From positions 30,379 to 94,378 of the IMG/VR virus record IMGVR_UViG_3300027715_000010: 64,000 nt of DNA. The stretch is one strand, 5' to 3'. The translations under genes were made by a program, and so were the position numbers. Below the pieces are notes generated by a model. The model saw only the letters and a program-made list of their open reading frames with translations. It ran no database searches and had not been told where the DNA came from. Source of the DNA: a virus. Taxonomy: Duplodnaviria > Caudoviricetes. Each line of letters begins with the position of its first letter. Positions within the stretch are counted from its first letter, which is position 1. Positions 40,561 through 50,470 of this stretch are shown piece after piece.

Positions 40561-42296
40561 TGGACAATATAAAAATGAAAATAGACATTCCTAATGACAA
40601 GATAGTACCAAAGCAAGGCATACCAGATGATTACTTTGTAAAGGCCAGTGATGACTTCTTTACACAACAAAAGACTGGTTTAGTCAATGGTATAGTTGCT
40701 CTTGTATCAAAAGTATATAAGAATAATGTTGATGTTGTAAAGAAAGTAGATCTAGACCTAGTCAAGTTATCAAAGCTTAATGATAATGACCTTGATAAAC
40801 AATTACTTATTCTAGAAAAGCAGCGTGAGAAAGAGCAAAAGAAACTTAAAGACGGTATTCTATATGGTCTTGGAGAAGAAGCTGTGTCCGGTATTGCTGG
40901 AACTATAAGATCCATATTACCAGGTTTCCTTGGTGGTGGTATGATTAGTGATTGGATGACCAAAGGATACGAACGCAAGTTCTCAAAAGAAGCTAGATTA
41001 GAACGCAGAGCTAAGTTTGAAGAAGAAAAGGAATCTGTATTAGAATCCGAAGCACCTAAGAAATCAAAAGCCAAATCCTGGTGGGATAATGCTACTGCTA
41101 AGTTTGAAAAGATGACACCATCTTTTGCAGCATACCCAGAAGAAGGTGGTGCTGGTATGGAAGCAGAAGCACCGTTTGCTACATCTATGAGTGGGGATAT
41201 TCTTCTTAAGTTAGATAACGTGCAAGGTATTATTGATACTAAGACCGAAAAGATAGGTGATTATCTTATTGAAATTGGATCTGTTTTATATGATATTAGA
41301 TCTATTCTTACCAATAACACTAATCTTCTAAAAGGTGTTAATGAATCTGGTTTTCAAGCTATAGACTTAACAAAAGAGCAAATTGAGCAGAACGAATACC
41401 TATCAGATTCTCTTGAAGCACAAAAAGAAATGAGTGATACATCATTTAAGAATATAGTTTCTGGTGGTGCTGGACTTGCTGGTGCAGATGGATTGATTAA
41501 CTTTTCAGAAGCTCAAGCAGAGAAAGCTGGTGATGGTGGATTTATATCTAAATATCTTGGTGCTAGATTTGCTGAGCATATTGCAAAACCTTTGCTTGGT
41601 CTTTTCAAAGGTGTATTTGCTAAGATTGGTCTTGCAGCTGTTTCGTTATTCAGTGGTTTAGGTTCTTTAATAGGATCCGCATTTGCTTCAATAGGAGCCG
41701 TTCTGGCAGGGGTCACCGCTCCTATATGGGGTATTATAGCGGCCATAGCAGCAGCCGTAGCTGTATTAGGTTATTTCGGTGTAAAGAAGTATAAAGAATA
41801 TAGTCTATCTAAACAAAAAGAAAAGAACCCAACTTTATACAATGAAAAAATTAGCGAACGTGCAGAAAAGTCTTATGTAGATCTAAACGATAAAGAAAAA
41901 GATGAGGCATTGGCCGAGATAGATGCTACTACTGGGGAACGTAAAAAAGGATTCTTTGGTAGAGTTGGCAATGTATTCAAGAAAGATTGGCAAAGACAAC
42001 TTGAAAAAGATACTAATAAAAAGATAATAGAAAATATCAAAGAAGAAAGAGCTTATGTATCTTCAGTAGTTCCAGATACGGTAAATCGTGATTATGCAGC
42101 TGATATTATGATGGAGAAAAGCTTCAATAATAAAATGAAAACCGTTAAGACAATGTCAGAACCACCTAGATTAGAAGATATGAAAGCTATTGAAAAAACA
42201 TATAATTCTAATATGAGTGTAATCAATAACATATCACAATCAGATCCTAGATTATATGAGCAGCCATTTAATATCCGGGTAACCGAAGGATTCTAA
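40560..42296 (+). CDS. Probable tape measure / hub protein (gp29-like)
   Basis: About 578 aa, helical, Ala/Gly-rich hydrophobic segment, late promoter, divergent from gp4; true start may be ATG 40575. Confidence 0.7.
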   Translation: MDNIKMKIDIPNDKIVPKQGIPDDYFVKASDDFFTQQKTGLVNGIVALVSKVYKNNVDVVKKVDLDLVKLSKLNDNDLDKQLLILEKQREKEQKKLKDGILYGLGEEAVSGIAGTIRSILPGFLGGGMISDWMTKGYERKFSKEARLERRAKFEEEKESVLESEAPKKSKAKSWWDNATAKFEKMTPSFAAYPEEGGAGMEAEAPFATSMSGDILLKLDNVQGIIDTKTEKIGDYLIEIGSVLYDIRSILTNNTNLLKGVNESGFQAIDLTKEQIEQNEYLSDSLEAQKEMSDTSFKNIVSGGAGLAGADGLINFSEAQAEKAGDGGFISKYLGARFAEHIAKPLLGLFKGVFAKIGLAAVSLFSGLGSLIGSAFASIGAVLAGVTAPIWGIIAAIAAAVAVLGYFGVKKYKEYSLSKQKEKNPTLYNEKISERAEKSYVDLNDKEKDEALAEIDATTGERKKGFFGRVGNVFKKDWQRQLEKDTNKKIIENIKEERAYVSSVVPDTVNRDYAADIMMEKSFNNKMKTVKTMSEPPRLEDMKAIEKTYNSNMSVINNISQSDPRLYEQPFNIRVTEGF

Positions 42297-42338
42297 TAAA
42301 AAAGGGTAGACTTACTCGGAAAGCCTACCCCTCTTTTT
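42297..42338. terminator. Bidirectional intrinsic terminator
   Basis: GGGTAGACTT...AAGCCTACCC stem flanked by an A-run and a T-run between convergent genes. Confidence 0.8.
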
Positions 42339-42352
42339 TACTTGTCTATTAT

Positions 42353-43246
42353 TTAATTAAACAAGTTATCATATTCATCTGGCTCAGAACCAGCATCAGA
42401 GATATTTTCAATCTCTTCTTTTGCTAATACTGGAGCAGATGCTTTAGCTTCCACTTCATCATAATCTGGAATTTCATCATCAATTTTAGCATTTAAAGCT
42501 GATTTTGGTTTACTTAAGTCATAAGCACCAATAACATCTTCAAATCTTTTGTTTAGTTGTTCGTAAGTCTTAAATTCGCTTGGAGAAATGAATTGATTTA
42601 ATTTATACTCTTTTGCCCAAACATCTTTTAGTTTTTCGTCATCACCACCTAATAGAGGTGAAGGTGCGTCAAATGAAGATTTATCATAAGTCAAGAATTC
42701 TGTATCAGTTTTCTTGCAGATTTTAATCTTAAAGTTTGCACCAGCCCAAAAATCAAATGGATTTACTGGGGTATCCGTTGGGAACTCTGGTTTCATTGCG
42801 TTTTCAATCATAGCGTAGATTGCTGGTCCATAAGCAAATAAAAATACTTTACCATTATTTTCTGGTTGTTCTGGATCATCTACAATGAAGATATTTGAGA
42901 TAAAGTTCTTTTTACGGAATCTACCCTTTGTCATATCTTTTTCTGCTTGATTTCCTTTATATAATTTATTGTTGTTATCACATACTGGGCATTTTAATCC
43001 AATAGTAGTTGGACAATTTTCAATAAAGTAACCATTACCTTTGATAGAATGGCTGAAGTACTTTACCCAAGGCATATCCTCACCATCTGGAGCTGGTAAG
43101 AATCTAATCGTTGCATAACCAACGCCGTCTTTATTACGTGAAAGTTTCCAGAATCTTTCATCTTTGTGTCCACCTTTATCGGCGTCCATCTTTTTTGTTA
43201 GTTCTTGTAAGCTATTTGCTTTTTTCTTTAATGCTTCAAAATCCAT
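42353..43246 (-). CDS. gp32: Single-stranded DNA-binding protein gp32
   Basis: DERFWKL, IRFLPAP, ENCPTT...CPVC zinc site, NPFDFWAGANFKIK, acidic tail. Confidence 0.97.
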   Translation of the reverse strand: MDFEALKKKANSLQELTKKMDADKGGHKDERFWKLSRNKDGVGYATIRFLPAPDGEDMPWVKYFSHSIKGNGYFIENCPTTIGLKCPVCDNNNKLYKGNQAEKDMTKGRFRKKNFISNIFIVDDPEQPENNGKVFLFAYGPAIYAMIENAMKPEFPTDTPVNPFDFWAGANFKIKICKKTDTEFLTYDKSSFDAPSPLLGGDDEKLKDVWAKEYKLNQFISPSEFKTYEQLNKRFEDVIGAYDLSKPKSALNAKIDDEIPDYDEVEAKASAPVLAKEEIENISDAGSEPDEYDNLFN

Positions 43247-43318
43247 TTTATTTTTTCCTTTTTTGTTTTTTGTTATTGTCTACCAGTACATAGATCTAAT
43301 GCTTAGACAAACATTAGA
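43247..43318 (-). promoter_or_regulatory. Gene 32 translational operator: H-type pseudoknot plus A-rich leader
   Basis: Stem 1 TCTAATGT/GCATTAGA; loop TTGTCTA pairs with downstream TAGACAA; then an unstructured A-rich tract to the ATG. Confidence 0.8.
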
Positions 43319-43347
43319 ATAATCAACTAATCAGTACCTTAAATTAT

Positions 43348-44721
43348 TTATATGTTCCATTCGTCAAGTCCTTTTAGATTGGTCTCAAACTCTTTTCCGA
43401 ATTCCTCAACTTCTGGATGCTTTAGTATGTCTTTATCAACTTTTTCTAAATCATAAAATCTCATTTTCGTTTTGTCAAGTCCTACTGCAAACTTTCTATT
43501 CTTTGCCTTATCCCCATACCTATTCTTTAATTGCTTAAAGATTCTTTGACCACACTCATCTAACTTCTCGTCCCCGTACATACCAATCAATAAATCACAA
43601 GTATCTGGTAAACCTTTTGATTCAGAAACATTATCTATGTCTAATTCACCACCTTTCATTGAGGACCTATCCGATTGTGTTGCGGTTAATATCGGCACCC
43701 CTAATTCCTTAGCCATAGCACGAAGTTCTTCTGCAATACTCTTTACATAGATATATAAGTTAGCACTAACTGATTTCATTGAGCATCTACTTGATGAGCA
43801 GATATTTAGATAATCAACAATAATAACATCTGGCACAAAGTTCTGTTTCATTTTCAATTCGTTAACAGTGTTTCTGAAAGTCAGAGCACTTGGTTGTCCA
43901 GTTGGGTATTCTTTAATCTTTAGACATCCGATACCTTTTGCTTTTAAACGATTGATTTTCTTATCAAAAACATCCTTTGGTATCTCTTCAATGTTATCCA
44001 TACTAATATCAAGTAAGTTAGCATCTATTCTTTCTGCAATCTTTTCTTCAGCCATTTCCATAGTTAAGTATAAAACATTTTTACCTATGGTTAACCAGTG
44101 TGAAGCACAATGGCATAATAGAATAGTCTTACCAGAGTTAGTAGCAGCAAGTACACAATTCAGAGTCTTTTTCTCAATACCACCTTTGGTAATTTTATTC
44201 AATAAATCAATATCAAAAGGTAGTTTCTCGTTCTCACGATGATAGTATTCAAATCGTTTATCTGAGTCATTGATATAATCGTGTCCGACATTACTATCAA
44301 AAGTAACCCCAAGAGCATCTGATAATAGATCCGGTAGACTATCTATAGAATCCTTATCTTTATCTTTATTTTCCAATATGGTAATGCCTTTGGTTATGGC
44401 ATTAACAATAGCTCTGGTTCTACACCATTTTTCAGTTTCTTTTAGTGCCCACTCCAGATTGTCTTCTGCAATAGGCTTTAGTTCTAATAATAGTTTCAAT
44501 CCAGCTTTATACTGATTATCTTTTAAGGATTTTACTTTACCCCACTCAACTTTTAGAGTATCAATACTTGGCCTATTATTAAAAGTAGTTATAAACTGCC
44601 CGATAATTTGAAATAATGCTTGATTGACTGCATCTTCAAAATAAGCAGTTTTTAGATGTGGTAATACAACTCTAGTATAAGAATCGTTGTAGACAAGACC
44701 ACCGAGTATAGTCTCTTCCAT
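43348..44721 (-). CDS. gp41: Replicative helicase gp41
   Basis: AATNSGKT, NVLYLTMEMAEEKIAERIDANL, IIVDYLNIC, TATQ, QLKNRY. Confidence 0.97.
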   Translation of the reverse strand: MEETILGGLVYNDSYTRVVLPHLKTAYFEDAVNQALFQIIGQFITTFNNRPSIDTLKVEWGKVKSLKDNQYKAGLKLLLELKPIAEDNLEWALKETEKWCRTRAIVNAITKGITILENKDKDKDSIDSLPDLLSDALGVTFDSNVGHDYINDSDKRFEYYHRENEKLPFDIDLLNKITKGGIEKKTLNCVLAATNSGKTILLCHCASHWLTIGKNVLYLTMEMAEEKIAERIDANLLDISMDNIEEIPKDVFDKKINRLKAKGIGCLKIKEYPTGQPSALTFRNTVNELKMKQNFVPDVIIVDYLNICSSSRCSMKSVSANLYIYVKSIAEELRAMAKELGVPILTATQSDRSSMKGGELDIDNVSESKGLPDTCDLLIGMYGDEKLDECGQRIFKQLKNRYGDKAKNRKFAVGLDKTKMRFYDLEKVDKDILKHPEVEEFGKEFETNLKGLDEWNI

Positions 44722-44726
44722 TTTTA

Positions 44727-45791
44727 TTACTCTTCCGTTACTGTTTCATCAACTTCTTCTGCTGGTACTACTTCATTTTTACCATAACAAAACTCTTTTG
44801 CGCACGCTTCATCTATACGGTCTAAAACTTCTTTTGTAAAGTACTTTGTTGGATTTTTTAATATAGCATTTTCAAATACCTTTACATCCTTGGCAACTTC
44901 ATACTTATTAGATACTTTGGTAAAGATACCATACTTTTCTGCAATATCAAGTAAACCATAATATCTATCCAATCCGTGGTCATAAGATACTAAGGTTGAT
45001 ACAGATCTATTCTCTTTAGTTAGACGGCTTTTCTGCAATGAAGCTGTAAGAATTGCCCCAGTTACTTCATTTTCTTTATCTTTGTCTTTACGTTTAGATA
45101 ATGAGATAATCTGAGAAGCAGCATAAACTAATCCAGAACCACCACCCATTTTCTTTTGAGGAAACATAGATCCAATGACATCATAAACGTGGTTAGTTAC
45201 TATCATTGAGCATTTTAATCTGCCAAGTTTTAATGTAATAACACGGAATAAAGATTTAACTACTTGCGCACGAGTCATATCACGAGTTTCTTTACCTTCT
45301 AAAGTATCGTTCATTTCCTTTGATGTTGATAACTCACCAAGGGAATCTAATACAAATAAAACTGGTTGACGTTCTGACTCTTTGGTCTCTTCAAGTTCTT
45401 TTAGAATCTTCATCATCTGAGTTCTAAAGTTTTCTACTGTATCTGCTGGTAGAATAGCCATTCTAGTTGGATCCATACCACGTTCTTTAATCATCTCAGA
45501 AGTAATAGCACTTTCACTATCAAAGTAGATTACTTGTCCGTCTTTGTTAGCATCTTGAAAAGCTTTTGCAATTCCTAATGCTACGAAAGTTTTACCAGTA
45601 GAACTTTCACCTGCTAAAGCAACTACTTTATTGCCAGCAATACCTTTATAGATAGATCCTGATAATAAAGCATTGAGTGCATAACTGCCAGTATCTACAT
45701 AAGATACCACATCAGCATCCAATCCTTCTTCTACAATAGCTGCATATTCATTATTAGCAGCTTCAGTTAGTTTTTTCAAAAATGATACCAT
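44727..45791 (-). CDS. uvsX: RecA-like recombinase UvsX
   Basis: DTGSYALNALLSG, AGESSTGKT, YFDSE, DMTRA, MGGGSG. Confidence 0.97.
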   Translation of the reverse strand: MVSFLKKLTEAANNEYAAIVEEGLDADVVSYVDTGSYALNALLSGSIYKGIAGNKVVALAGESSTGKTFVALGIAKAFQDANKDGQVIYFDSESAITSEMIKERGMDPTRMAILPADTVENFRTQMMKILKELEETKESERQPVLFVLDSLGELSTSKEMNDTLEGKETRDMTRAQVVKSLFRVITLKLGRLKCSMIVTNHVYDVIGSMFPQKKMGGGSGLVYAASQIISLSKRKDKDKENEVTGAILTASLQKSRLTKENRSVSTLVSYDHGLDRYYGLLDIAEKYGIFTKVSNKYEVAKDVKVFENAILKNPTKYFTKEVLDRIDEACAKEFCYGKNEVVPAEEVDETVTEE

Positions 45792-45792
45792 A

Positions 45793-45963
45793 TTAGTTTC
45801 TCCGAGTTTGTGTTAAAGTAAAGTATAAACCTCTAATTGCTCCAAAATAAGATACAAACCATAAAGTAAGAGCGAATACTGGTAGATCTCCACTTATAAA
45901 GACTAAAAATAAGTTTATTGAAATTAGTACTATATTAAATACCATTTCGTTAAAATAAGTCAT
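45793..45963 (-). CDS. Small membrane protein (56 aa)
   Basis: Manual ORF MTYFNEMVFNIVLISINLFLV...; hydrophobic; AAGGA upstream. Confidence 0.5.
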   Translation of the reverse strand: MTYFNEMVFNIVLISINLFLVFISGDLPVFALTLWFVSYFGAIRGLYFTLTQTRRN

Positions 45964-46129
45964 TTTTTCTTCCTTCCGTTATAAAATTAACAAACACACT
46001 AGCAAAAGCACAAATCCCGAATAGAACCAGTGCTGTTTTATTAGCATTAGCATAACTTAGAATCATTACTTCTGCAAAGATTCCTAAGTAAAAAACAATG
46101 TGTAATAACACGAATTTGAAATAAGTCAA
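45950..46129 (-). CDS. Small membrane protein (59 aa, TTG start)
   Basis: Manual ORF MTYFKFVLLHIVFYLGIFAEV...; GGAG upstream; fills the gap. Confidence 0.45.
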   Translation of the reverse strand: MTYFKFVLLHIVFYLGIFAEVMILSYANANKTALVLFGICAFASVFVNFITEGRKNDLF

Positions 46130-46888
46130 CTACTTTCTCCCATCTATTATAACTGATTGTAATCCTGTGTTTATATTCTCACGGGGGTATCCCATCGGAT
46201 TATTGACAAATGGAATTCCGTTCTTAAGTTCCAATGTTGGTGTGTGAGTATGTCCAAAGATCCAACCAACTAAGTTTAGTTCGCTTGCTAATTCACCAAG
46301 TTTTGGATTATAATAAAACTGGGTAACGTCAGTATATTCACCTTTATATAAAGCTTGTTCCTTAAATGGAGCAGTGTGAGTTACCAGAATACATTTTTCA
46401 TTGGACTTCTTTATCTCACGTTCTAGATAGTTATAATCTTTATCCATAAGATCTTCTGGCATTGCACCATCACTAAATCCGATACATCTGCTATCATTAA
46501 ATCTAGTATACCAAGAAGGATTGTTATCTACTGAATACCACCCATTACAACCAATAAATCTATATCCGTCAATAACATAGGACTTATTTCTGGTTAGAAA
46601 CTTAATTGTCTTATGTTCATCAAAGAAAGATTTGTATATTTCATCTATATAATCTGGTGTACTCTTTTCTGCATTATAATAATCGTGATTGCCAGCTACG
46701 AAAAGTATATGCTCATAGTCATAATTTCTACAAATATCAGTTAAAGTTGTTATGGTAGTTTCTGGACCGTGTGCGATATCACCGGCAATAACCAAAATAT
46801 GAGAATTGGTCTTACCTAGGTCCAGCATTCTATCATTTATATCATAGAAAGTACTATGAATATCTGATATGAAATCTACACAAAGCAT
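46130..46888 (-). CDS. Calcineurin-like metallophosphoesterase
   Basis: SDIH, AGDI, GNHD, VTH, GHTH, NPMGYP. Confidence 0.92.
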   Translation of the reverse strand: MLCVDFISDIHSTFYDINDRMLDLGKTNSHILVIAGDIAHGPETTITTLTDICRNYDYEHILFVAGNHDYYNAEKSTPDYIDEIYKSFFDEHKTIKFLTRNKSYVIDGYRFIGCNGWYSVDNNPSWYTRFNDSRCIGFSDGAMPEDLMDKDYNYLEREIKKSNEKCILVTHTAPFKEQALYKGEYTDVTQFYYNPKLGELASELNLVGWIFGHTHTPTLELKNGIPFVNNPMGYPRENINTGLQSVIIDGRK

Positions 46889-46897
46889 ATTAAACTC

Positions 46898-49444
46898 CTA
46901 AAAGAAAGCATCTAAACTGTTTGATTTTTCAATCTGCCAATTCATAGCATCTAATATGCCTTTAATTGGTGATAGAAAAGTCTTCTCAAATTGTAAGTTA
47001 TAATCAATATACTGGTCTAACTCAAACTCATTAGGTAAAGTTCCAATAAAGGATATCACATTTTGCCCTATATGGTTAGGTTCTTTCAGATACAAAAACT
47101 TAATCTTGTCTTTGCTACCTATTGGTTTAATCTTCTTTAGTCCAAGTTTCTTAAGCAACTGATTATGTAATATAGCACCTCTATTATGTATTGGAGTTCC
47201 TTTCTTAAAACCTTGATTGCTGTTATCAACGAACTTATCCATTTCAGATACACCTCTTGGAAAAGCGACAACATCAGCTGGTTGTTTTGAGAACTCCTCT
47301 TTAAACTTATCTATAAACTGTATAACAGTATCATTGTCGGTTGTCAAGATTAATTTAATAGCTTCCTTAATTTTTGTTCTACAGATAGCTGGTGTGGATG
47401 ACTTAACAGCTTCAATTCCCATCATTTTTATATTTGGTTCATTAAATCTAACACCTTCATTATCCCATACAGAGATAATATAATGCTTCTTTGCTAACCA
47501 GATAGCTTTTTCCCCAATAGCTTCACGTTTCATTTTCATTCTAAGAGTATAAGAATTCGTATATTCAAACATCCGTTGATAAGTTCTTTGGAATAATGGT
47601 TCTAACTCATCAGCAGCAAACTTATCTAAATAGTTTACTTTTTCGACAATACTTAATTTGGGGTCAACGAATTTTTCTAATTCTAGATAAACAGAGTCAG
47701 TATCAATACCTACCACATAGTCGTGATTTGTATTAAGCTTTTGATTTAGCATCTTATTCGTTTCTTTTTCAGTGGTTTTAATAACCATTTGCCCACTACT
47801 TGTAATAGCTACAGCATTCTTGATATTATAATAAGCAAAGCCTTGATTACCGATTGCACCATAAGCAGAGTTTAGACAAATCTTCAAGCACATCTGTCTA
47901 TTGTTTAGAGCAGATATCTTCTTAACTAGACTTTCTTTTTCATTTAATAGTTCTTTAGTTTCACCGTGTGATAGTTGTTCTTTTACTACTTCTAATTTCT
48001 TCTTGCACTCAATCATTTCCTTTTTAGCAATCTTACGGCCATCAAATAGTTCTTTAAAGATAGTTGGCAAAATACCGTACTTATCTTTTCTATATAAAGC
48101 ACCATTGGCAGTCATTGAATAATCATACTTTTTAAGTAAAGATAAGTCAATCTCTTCGTGGACAAGTTTATCAATAGTTACTTTAGAAGTTAATGCTTCT
48201 AGTTCTACAGGCACACTAGTTATCAAAGTTTCTGGACTAATGTTCCATTGCATAACAATAGAAGGATATAAAGATTCTAAATCACAAGAAACCACCCAGT
48301 TATATAAACCAGGAGTTGTTTCTTTTACATAAGCACCAATATACTGCTCAGACTTATCTTCTTTCTTATCTTTTGGATTGATTACAATATTCTTTTCTAA
48401 TAAATGATTGTAGAGTAAAATTTCCCAATAACGAACTGGTCCATAGCAGACTGTCGTATTTGGTGCTTTGGCAATATACATCATATCTAAGTGCAGATCT
48501 ATCAACTTCATTTTTTCATCAATTAAATCAACGAGGTTAACATCTTGTATATTATAATCAATGAATTTCTGATAATCACTTTCATACAAATCATCCAATG
48601 ATCCAGTATATGCGATCTTACCTTGCCCCAATTCATAATTTGCAATCGAGTTTAATGAATATGATTCCTTATTTCCTGATGTATATTTCTTATATAGATC
48701 TAAATAATCCATAGAAGATATACCAACTATTTCTTGTAAATCATACGGGTCACTAGCAACATAGATTGTCTTCTTAGTAATCTGCCCCCAGACACTCAAT
48801 TTATTCGCTTGTTCTGGTCCAAGTACTTTTGTTATCCTATTGATAATATATGGAATATCAAAGAATCTTATATTCCAACCTGTAATAATATCTGGATAAT
48901 CATAAGTCCAGAGTTTTAGAAAGTTCTCTAATAAGTGTTTTTCATTTTGGCATTTAACATACTTAACATTTGGATTGGTGTTATTATAGTCTTTACAACC
49001 GAATACGAAAAACTTACCTTTATTAGAATCTTTTACTGTTATAGCAGTAATTGCATTATTTGCTAAGGCTGGTTCCGGAAAACCACCGTTGATATCTGTT
49101 TCAATATCTATGTTGAAGACTTTTAGATGTTGTCTGTCAAAAGTAATATGTCCTTTATAAGCTTCACTAATATACTGTTCTTCAAAGTTGGTTGTGCCAT
49201 AGATTTTTGCATTGGTACCTTTATATTGCTCTATATAGTTTCTAGCATCCCACAGATTATTGAAATCCATTCTTTGGACTGGTTCGTCATATAAAGTCTT
49301 GTATAAATTGCTTGTTGTTTTGTTTGATTTTACAAATAGATATGGTTTATAATTCTTAATAATTCTTGAAAATCTTTTACCATTTTCTACACCTCTTAAA
49401 TAGACATTATTACCTTTTACGAAGCAATTTATATAAAAGTTCAT
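46898..49444 (-). CDS. gp43: Family B DNA polymerase gp43
   Basis: DIET and GWNIRFFD exonuclease motifs; DLESLYPS, KICLNSAYG, IDTDS; no intein. Confidence 0.98.
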   Translation of the reverse strand: MNFYINCFVKGNNVYLRGVENGKRFSRIIKNYKPYLFVKSNKTTSNLYKTLYDEPVQRMDFNNLWDARNYIEQYKGTNAKIYGTTNFEEQYISEAYKGHITFDRQHLKVFNIDIETDINGGFPEPALANNAITAITVKDSNKGKFFVFGCKDYNNTNPNVKYVKCQNEKHLLENFLKLWTYDYPDIITGWNIRFFDIPYIINRITKVLGPEQANKLSVWGQITKKTIYVASDPYDLQEIVGISSMDYLDLYKKYTSGNKESYSLNSIANYELGQGKIAYTGSLDDLYESDYQKFIDYNIQDVNLVDLIDEKMKLIDLHLDMMYIAKAPNTTVCYGPVRYWEILLYNHLLEKNIVINPKDKKEDKSEQYIGAYVKETTPGLYNWVVSCDLESLYPSIVMQWNISPETLITSVPVELEALTSKVTIDKLVHEEIDLSLLKKYDYSMTANGALYRKDKYGILPTIFKELFDGRKIAKKEMIECKKKLEVVKEQLSHGETKELLNEKESLVKKISALNNRQMCLKICLNSAYGAIGNQGFAYYNIKNAVAITSSGQMVIKTTEKETNKMLNQKLNTNHDYVVGIDTDSVYLELEKFVDPKLSIVEKVNYLDKFAADELEPLFQRTYQRMFEYTNSYTLRMKMKREAIGEKAIWLAKKHYIISVWDNEGVRFNEPNIKMMGIEAVKSSTPAICRTKIKEAIKLILTTDNDTVIQFIDKFKEEFSKQPADVVAFPRGVSEMDKFVDNSNQGFKKGTPIHNRGAILHNQLLKKLGLKKIKPIGSKDKIKFLYLKEPNHIGQNVISFIGTLPNEFELDQYIDYNLQFEKTFLSPIKGILDAMNWQIEKSNSLDAFF

Positions 49445-49461
49445 TATAGTATCCCCGTTAT

Positions 49462-49487
49462 GGTAGACTGCATTTCTACAGTCTACC
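49462..49487 (-). promoter_or_regulatory. Hairpin upstream of gp43 RBS (candidate translational operator)
   Basis: GGTAGACTGTA-GAAA-TGCAGTCTACC ends 5 nt before GGGGA...ATG; no U-tract. Confidence 0.6.
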
Positions 49488-49497
49488 GATTATAATT

Positions 49498-49800
49498 TTA
49501 TTCAGTGATAATCTTTTGTTCTGGAACGATTAGACCAGCTTGCTGACGTCTAATAGTTTCAATAGCTTCGTTATATGCTTTTTCTAAATGGATGTCAACT
49601 TCTAACTCAAGTACGATATTAGAACTTAGAACTTCTATTGATGTATCATACTTTGCATAAGGTAAGAATCTAGCAAATGCCATACCAGTTTGAGTATTTA
49701 CTAAACTGATTGGATTTACTAAAGTTGATTTATGGTCATTATGTTCTACTTCACAGAAGATTTCATCTGCACTTGCTAACTTTACTAATTTTACTGTCAT
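49498..49800 (-). CDS. Conserved T4-like Sm-fold-type protein
   Basis: VKLVKL...EIFCEV...NP...FLPY; typical gene upstream of gp43. Confidence 0.65.
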   Translation of the reverse strand: MTVKLVKLASADEIFCEVEHNDHKSTLVNPISLVNTQTGMAFARFLPYAKYDTSIEVLSSNIVLELEVDIHLEKAYNEAIETIRRQQAGLIVPEQKIITE

Positions 49801-49811
49801 TTGTTTTTCCT

Positions 49812-50081
49812 TTAATAACTTGCTAAAATATCATCTTCATTGACGATATAATACTTAATACTATCTTCTGTTAAAGCAATCAATGTTTTACGTTCTAATA
49901 TAACATTTTCACCAACAAAAATAGTCTTACACTCTGGACCAATAGATTCTACTGTTCCTTTAATAACACGTTCTGACATCTGGTCTTTCGGGCTATCAAG
50001 TATAATACCTCCTTCGGTCTTAAACTCTTCACCTTGTATAGCAGATTTTACTAAAACTTTATTCTTATGCGGTCTAATCAT
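49812..50081 (-). CDS. Co-chaperonin GroES-like
   Basis: IRPHKNKVLVK, KTEGGIIL mobile loop, GTVESIGP, EDDILA. Confidence 0.85.
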   Translation of the reverse strand: MIRPHKNKVLVKSAIQGEEFKTEGGIILDSPKDQMSERVIKGTVESIGPECKTIFVGENVILERKTLIALTEDSIKYYIVNEDDILASY

Positions 50082-50269
50082 TATAATTCTAGTCCTCCAT
50101 CTTCATTCTTTAATAACTTTACAATAACAGTAAGTATAATAGTCATAAAACTCAATACAGTAAGCACAATAGCTGGCGATAATACCCACCACCAAGACCA
50201 AGTAATCGTATTAGTCAATTTAAGCACTACAAAAATAGCTGTTAATAAAGTCCAAGCATTCATTCTCAC
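50081..50269 (-). CDS. Small membrane protein
   Basis: FVVLKLT..ITWSWWWVLSP, a common phage membrane motif. Confidence 0.75.
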   Translation of the reverse strand: MRMNAWTLLTAIFVVLKLTNTITWSWWWVLSPAIVLTVLSFMTIILTVIVKLLKNEDGGLEL

Positions 50270-50281
50270 TTATTCCCCCTA

Positions 50282-50470
50282 TTAGTAGTTTGTTGTTTTC
50301 ACATATTCAAGTTTGGCATCTTCAACCATCTTTTTCTTAGATTCTTCTGTGATATCCATATCTTTAATGGATTTCAGTTTAATGCACAAAGCATTGAAAG
50401 TTGGGGATAACTTAAATGGTTTTTCTTTTTTAGTCATTTTCTTCTCCTTCTTTATGATATACAATACCAT
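50282..50470 (-). CDS. Hypothetical protein
   Basis: Packed ORF; may start at internal MTKKEK. Confidence 0.5.
   Translation of the reverse strand: MVLYIIKKEKKMTKKEKPFKLSPTFNALCIKLKSIKDMDITEESKKKMVEDAKLEYVKTTNY

Noticed and set aside
7119-49444. Inteins or introns in gp17, gp41, UvsX and gp43
   Set aside because: All are uninterrupted and of normal length.
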